From the NCBI GenBank assembly GCA_036308445.1, contig JAXJVS010000042.1, positions 3,805-67,804 on the forward strand: DNA of 64,000 nt, given 5' to 3'. Of the stretch, positions 58,535 to 64,000 are shown piece after piece. Origin of the DNA: Bacilli bacterium (GTDB lineage Bacteria > Bacillota_I > Bacilli_A > Erysipelotrichales > Coprobacillaceae). The translations under genes were made by a program, and so were the position numbers. The notes under the pieces were generated by a model. That model did not search any database and was not told the origin of the DNA. It worked only from the letters and a program-made list of their open reading frames with translations. The first letter of the stretch is position 1. Each line of letters starts with the position of its first letter.

Positions 58535-59751
58535 TGGATTTGATTAAAAGAATATTTAAAAGAAGTGGTGTTGATCGTACAGTTTATTTAGCTGTTCTCG
58601 TGTTGACTGTTTTTGGTATTATTATGATTGGTAGTGCGTCTATAGGAAGCAGTGCTAAATATGGTTCTACCTATGCAACAGTAAATATGATTAAGCAAGG
58701 TATATTTGTTTGCTTGGGATATTGTTGTATGGTCTTTTTAGCGAGATGTTTTAAAACAAAATGGGTAACTGAAAAGTCAGTATGGGTTGTGTATTGTATA
58801 TCTTTAGTATTGATGTTGTCTTGCTTGCTTTTTAGTTCAAGAAAAGGATCTGCTTCATGGATACCAATTGGCCCGTTTACTTTACAGCCAATAGAATTTA
58901 TGAAAATAGCAATGATTTTATTCTTATCTTTTCAATTTGGTGAATTACCTGAAATATGTATAATTCCTAAATCAATGAGCAAAGATAAAAGAGAGAAAAT
59001 GAAAACAAGAAAAATGGTATATTGTTTTTTTATTCCTGTTATTGCGATTTTTGTAGCTTTTGGTATTGGTGGATTTGTACAGGATGACTTGGGTTCAGCT
59101 ATTATTTTAGCAATGATATGTTTATTTGTATTTTATTGTACACCAATAAGATATTATTCAAAAATGAAGAAATTTTCTATTTTTGTTATTGCGATATGTT
59201 TTGTATTAATTCTGATCTGTGCCAATTTTGTGTTTGAACCACATCAATTAAGACGTTTTTTAATCTGGTTAGATCCTGCTAATAGTGAATACTATTATAA
59301 CGGAAGCTTTCAGCTTGCAAATGGCCTTATTGCTTTTGCACAAGGTGGATTGTTCGGTAAAGGTTTTGGAGCTTCTACACAGAAGTTTGGTTATATAGCA
59401 GAATCTCAAAATGATTTTATTTCTTCAATTATTGTTGAAGAATTAGGTGTGGTAGGCTTTTTGGTGTTTGTAATCGTACCTTATTGTATTATCATATTTA
59501 AGATGTTTACTTATGGACAAAAAATAAAAGAAACTAAGAGTAAATTAATATTATATGGAATAGCCACTTATTTTTTTGCTCATATTTTAATTAATGTAGG
59601 TGGTGTTTCTGGTTTTATTCCAATGACTGGGGTTCCTTTATTGATGGTATCTTTAGGTGGTTCATCTACATTGGCTTCGATGATGGCAATTGGAATAGGA
59701 CAAGCTATTATTGCAAAATATAATAAGGATAAATTAAAAGAACAGTTATAA
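58534..59751 (+). CDS. SEDS-family peptidoglycan glycosyltransferase (FtsW/RodA/SpoVE)
   Basis: Roughly 10-TM protein with SEDS motifs (..QPIEFMKIAMILFLS.., ..SQNDFISSII.EELG.., ..IPMTGVPLLMVSLGGSS..). Which paralog it is cannot be told from sequence alone. Confidence 0.88.
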   Translation: MDLIKRIFKRSGVDRTVYLAVLVLTVFGIIMIGSASIGSSAKYGSTYATVNMIKQGIFVCLGYCCMVFLARCFKTKWVTEKSVWVVYCISLVLMLSCLLFSSRKGSASWIPIGPFTLQPIEFMKIAMILFLSFQFGELPEICIIPKSMSKDKREKMKTRKMVYCFFIPVIAIFVAFGIGGFVQDDLGSAIILAMICLFVFYCTPIRYYSKMKKFSIFVIAICFVLILICANFVFEPHQLRRFLIWLDPANSEYYYNGSFQLANGLIAFAQGGLFGKGFGASTQKFGYIAESQNDFISSIIVEELGVVGFLVFVIVPYCIIIFKMFTYGQKIKETKSKLILYGIATYFFAHILINVGGVSGFIPMTGVPLLMVSLGGSSTLASMMAIGIGQAIIAKYNKDKLKEQL

Positions 59752-59783
59752 TCTTTTCGCATATTCTAATTATAGGTGAGAAT

Positions 59784-60086
59784 ATGAACAAGATTGATGA
59801 ATTTAAAGCCTTTATGCGTACGATTCCTTCAATTAGGGAGGAAGTCTCTAAAGGGCGATATACTTGGCAACAGTTATATGAAATTTATGATGTTTATGGT
59901 GAAAATGACAAATTCTGGTTACCTTATCAGAAGTCGGCTTTTGATGTTTCTTCTTTGTTAGAAATTGTTAAAAATGTTGATTTGAATGCTTTGTCTAAAA
60001 GTTTTGACGGGATTCAAAAGATACTAGAGTTGGTTAATGGTTTAGTTGCGAAAGAAGACAAGCCTAGACAGTGGTATGATGATTGA
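59784..60086 (+). CDS. YlbD-like protein
   Basis: 100 aa with ..FKAFMRTIPSIREEVSKGRYTWQQLYEIYDVYGENDKFW.. Its position at the head of a ylbD-ylbE-ylbF-rsmD-coaD block matches B. subtilis. Confidence 0.5.
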   Translation: MNKIDEFKAFMRTIPSIREEVSKGRYTWQQLYEIYDVYGENDKFWLPYQKSAFDVSSLLEIVKNVDLNALSKSFDGIQKILELVNGLVAKEDKPRQWYDD

Positions 60087-60261
60087 TGAGAATATGAAGT
60101 TATATTTGCGTTTTCATCCAAAATGGTATTTATTGTTGTCAAGATATCCTGAATGTTATAAAGATGTATATGAACAGTATAAAATAGAAAATAAATTGAC
60201 ATTAGCGGATCGTATTGAAAAAATTGGCTTAATGATATCGATGATTGATATGTTATTATAG
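60076..60261 (+). CDS. YlbE-like protein
   Basis: Small ORF containing ..LRFHPKWYLLLSRYPE.., consistent with the YlbE-like family by pattern and synteny. The start may be 60076, 60079 or 60094. Confidence 0.45.
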   Translation: MMIDENMKLYLRFHPKWYLLLSRYPECYKDVYEQYKIENKLTLADRIEKIGLMISMIDMLL

Positions 60262-60269
60262 GAGAAATT

Positions 60270-60617
60270 ATGTTTACATTATTAAATGATTTAAATGAAT
60301 GTATCTGTAATGATGAAAAATATAAAGCTTATATAGAAGCAAAAAAACAGTTGGAAAAAGAAGATATAAATCAACTATTAAAGAAATATCAGAATATTAG
60401 TCATGATTATTTTAAATTAAAACAATATGAAAAATATACTGATATTTCTTCTTCAAAAAAAGAATATATAGAGATAAAAAAGCAAATTTCTAACAATCAA
60501 ATTATTCAGGAATATTATACAAAATATTATGAATTAAATGGATTATTAGAAGAAGTTACTAAAATTATTTTTAGTGGAATATCAGATGAATTATTATTAG
60601 ATAGATATTTATTGTAG
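60270..60617 (+). CDS. YlbF/YmcA-family regulatory protein
   Basis: 115-aa helical protein with the Com_YlbF-like pattern (..DEKYKAYIEAKKQLEKED..LLKKYQ...NNQIIQEYY..). Synteny lies upstream of rsmD. Confidence 0.6.
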   Translation: MFTLLNDLNECICNDEKYKAYIEAKKQLEKEDINQLLKKYQNISHDYFKLKQYEKYTDISSSKKEYIEIKKQISNNQIIQEYYTKYYELNGLLEEVTKIIFSGISDELLLDRYLL

Positions 60618-60625
60618 GAGTATTT

Positions 60626-61177
60626 ATGAGAGTTGTAGCTGGTAAATTTCGTAGTAGACAATTAAAGAGTGTTGATTCTAAAAAAACAAGACCTACAACC
60701 GACAAAAATAAAGAGAACTTATTTAATATGATAGGTCCTTATTTTGATGGTGGTGTTTGTCTTGATTTGTTTGCAGGTAGTGGAGGATTAGGGATAGAGG
60801 CTATTTCTAGAGGTATGAATGAATTATATAGTGTTGATCATCAGTATAAAGCCTTTTCTACTATAAGAGAGAATGTTTCAATGCTTAAAATTGAAAATCA
60901 ATGTCATTTGTATAAGATGGATTATAAAAAAGCTTTAAATCAATTTAAGGAAGAACATCTTCATTTTGATTTGGTATTATTGGATCCGCCTTATGGATTA
61001 AAAATCAATAAAGATATTATTGAATTCTTAAAAAATGAGAATATGCTAAATGATGGATGTATTATCGTTGTTGAAGATTTGTTGGAAGAAGCTATTGAAG
61101 TTGAAGAGCCATTATATTTAAAGAAAGAGAATAAATATGGTATTACTGTTCTTCAAATTATTAAATATGAGAGGTAA
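60626..61177 (+). CDS. rsmD: 16S rRNA (guanine966-N2)-methyltransferase RsmD
   Basis: MRVVAGKFRSRQL.., the SAM motif LDLFAGSGGLGIEA and the DPPY catalytic motif. Confidence 0.9.
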   Translation: MRVVAGKFRSRQLKSVDSKKTRPTTDKNKENLFNMIGPYFDGGVCLDLFAGSGGLGIEAISRGMNELYSVDHQYKAFSTIRENVSMLKIENQCHLYKMDYKKALNQFKEEHLHFDLVLLDPPYGLKINKDIIEFLKNENMLNDGCIIVVEDLLEEAIEVEEPLYLKKENKYGITVLQIIKYER

Positions 61178-61180
61178 GTT

Positions 61181-61663
61181 ATGAAATTAAATGCAGTTTA
61201 TGCTGGAACTTTTGATCCAGTAACAAATGGTCATTTGGATATTATTGAAAGAGCTAGTCAGATGTATGATAAATTATATGTGACTATTTTTGATAACCCA
61301 AATAAGAAAACTTTATTTACATTAGAAGAAAGGCTTGAATTATTGAAAGAAGCCACAAAAAACTTTGACAATGTTATTGTGGATGCTAGTCATGAATTAT
61401 CAGTTGAATATGCTAAAAAAGTGGGGGCTGGAATATTAGTGAGAGGTTTAAGGGCAACAATGGATTTTGAATATGAATTGCAGCTGGCCTTTTCTAATCA
61501 ATATTTAGATGATTCTATTGAGATGGTTTTCTTAATGACAAGACCAAATCATTCATTTATTTCTTCATCAGCTGTTAAGGAAATGGCTTCACATCATCGT
61601 GGTGTGGATGCATTGGTTCCAGAATGTGTGGCTATGGCTTTGAAAAATAAATATAAAAAATAG
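61181..61663 (+). CDS. coaD: Phosphopantetheine adenylyltransferase
   Basis: AVYAGTFDPVTNGHLDII (HxGH-type nucleotidyltransferase motif) and ..ISSSAVKE..; about 160 aa. Confidence 0.94.
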   Translation: MKLNAVYAGTFDPVTNGHLDIIERASQMYDKLYVTIFDNPNKKTLFTLEERLELLKEATKNFDNVIVDASHELSVEYAKKVGAGILVRGLRATMDFEYELQLAFSNQYLDDSIEMVFLMTRPNHSFISSSAVKEMASHHRGVDALVPECVAMALKNKYKK

Positions 61664-61848
61664 TAGATTTTGATATATTGACGTTGTTATCTGTTTAAAG
61701 AATGAAGAAAAAGAAGAACTTATAATTTATATATTTGTTATTTGAGTAAAAGATATAATTGAAGAAAGACTAATAAGTTAACAAGATATTTTAGGAAAAT
61801 ATATGTTTCCTAAAAGTGACGAATAAATGTAAGAATGGAGGAATAGAA

Positions 61849-63517
<1,669 letters not shown>

Positions 63518-63713
63518 AAGTGTCGAATATAACGACACTTTTTGTGTTTTAAGAAAAAGAATATAAAATTATCTTAAAAAATATATTATTAAACAAATAA
63601 AAAGTTACTAAAAATGTGAAATTTTTGTGTATTTCTTCGCATTTTGTAATTGAAATGTATATGCTTTCATTGTATAATATTTTTGTTAGAAATATGGAAG
63701 GAGATTATTTGAA

Positions 63714-64000
63714 ATGAAAAAATTCTTAAAAGCTGCTCTTGCATTTGCGATGGTTGCTGCTGTAACTACTGGATGTGGAGCAAAAGCAAATTACACTAAA
63801 GTTGGTTTAGGTGTAGTATCTAGTTATTCTGAAGGTCAAGTTAACTCTACTTTTGTTGCTTTAGGATTAGATGGTGATGGTAAAATCCAATACATCGATT
63901 TAGATGTAGCTCAATCTACTCCTGGTGGAGATGGTGAATATGACCAAACAAAAGAAGAACGTGGTTCTGATTATGGTATGGCTGCTATTTCTCCAATTGG
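63714..64000 (+). CDS. Putative lipoprotein, N-terminal fragment (3' end outside the window)
   Basis: Promoter-like TTGAAA-17 nt-TATAAT upstream and RBS GGAAGGAG. The signal peptide with lipobox is MKKFLKAALAFAMVAAVTTG-C. The frame is open to the window end. Confidence 0.6.
   Translation, partial: MKKFLKAALAFAMVAAVTTGCGAKANYTKVGLGVVSSYSEGQVNSTFVALGLDGDGKIQYIDLDVAQSTPGGDGEYDQTKEERGSDYGMAAISPI

Overview
AT-rich, low-GC Bacillota (Firmicutes) chromosomal segment. It is dominated by core housekeeping genes arranged in Bacillus-like synteny blocks. No tRNA, rRNA, CRISPR array, prophage or recognisable defence/toxin system was found. Gene order: murG(partial)-murB-divIB; prepilin peptidase; a ZTP (pfl) riboswitch heading a roughly 12.5 kb fhs-purE-purC-purM-purN-purH-purD-purL-purB operon; two Na/Pi-cotransporter paralogs flanking an acylphosphatase and a DUF2812-like membrane protein; an MsbA-like ABC exporter; a frameshifted DUF2804 gene; enolase; a T-box leader controlling an amino-acid ABC transporter plus an aminotransferase; spoVB-like/comN/recJ/apt/relA; an accessory insertion (aminotransferase, small membrane proteins, a hendecad-repeat mini-protein, an OmpR-type response regulator and a broken intramembrane-type histidine kinase); T-box-hisS-aspS; an M24 peptidase; a decayed MATE efflux gene; murC-DUF948-ytxH-ccpA-like; a divergent DprA-like protein, a rhomboid protease and a membrane protein; cotJ spore-coat genes; PII-amt; a degraded IS4-family transposase; metY; def; a Cys/Gly-rich tiny membrane protein; a SEDS protein; ylbD-ylbE-ylbF-rsmD-coaD; pyrK-pyrD; and a partial lipoprotein. 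I cannot defend any complete novel multi-gene system here. The items most worth a second look are: (1) the two-component island inserted between relA and hisS, with a duplicated terminator-plus-TTAACA-direct-repeat module and an 11-residue-repeat mini-protein; (2) homopolymer frameshifts confined to accessory genes while longer homopolymers in essential genes stay in frame; (3) a phased TGATAA/TTATCA motif array in front of PII-amt; (4) a Cys/Gly-rich 70-aa membrane peptide; (5) two T-box leaders with notable specifier regions; (6) an unannotated N/Q-rich 43-aa ORF with a forespore-type promoter.
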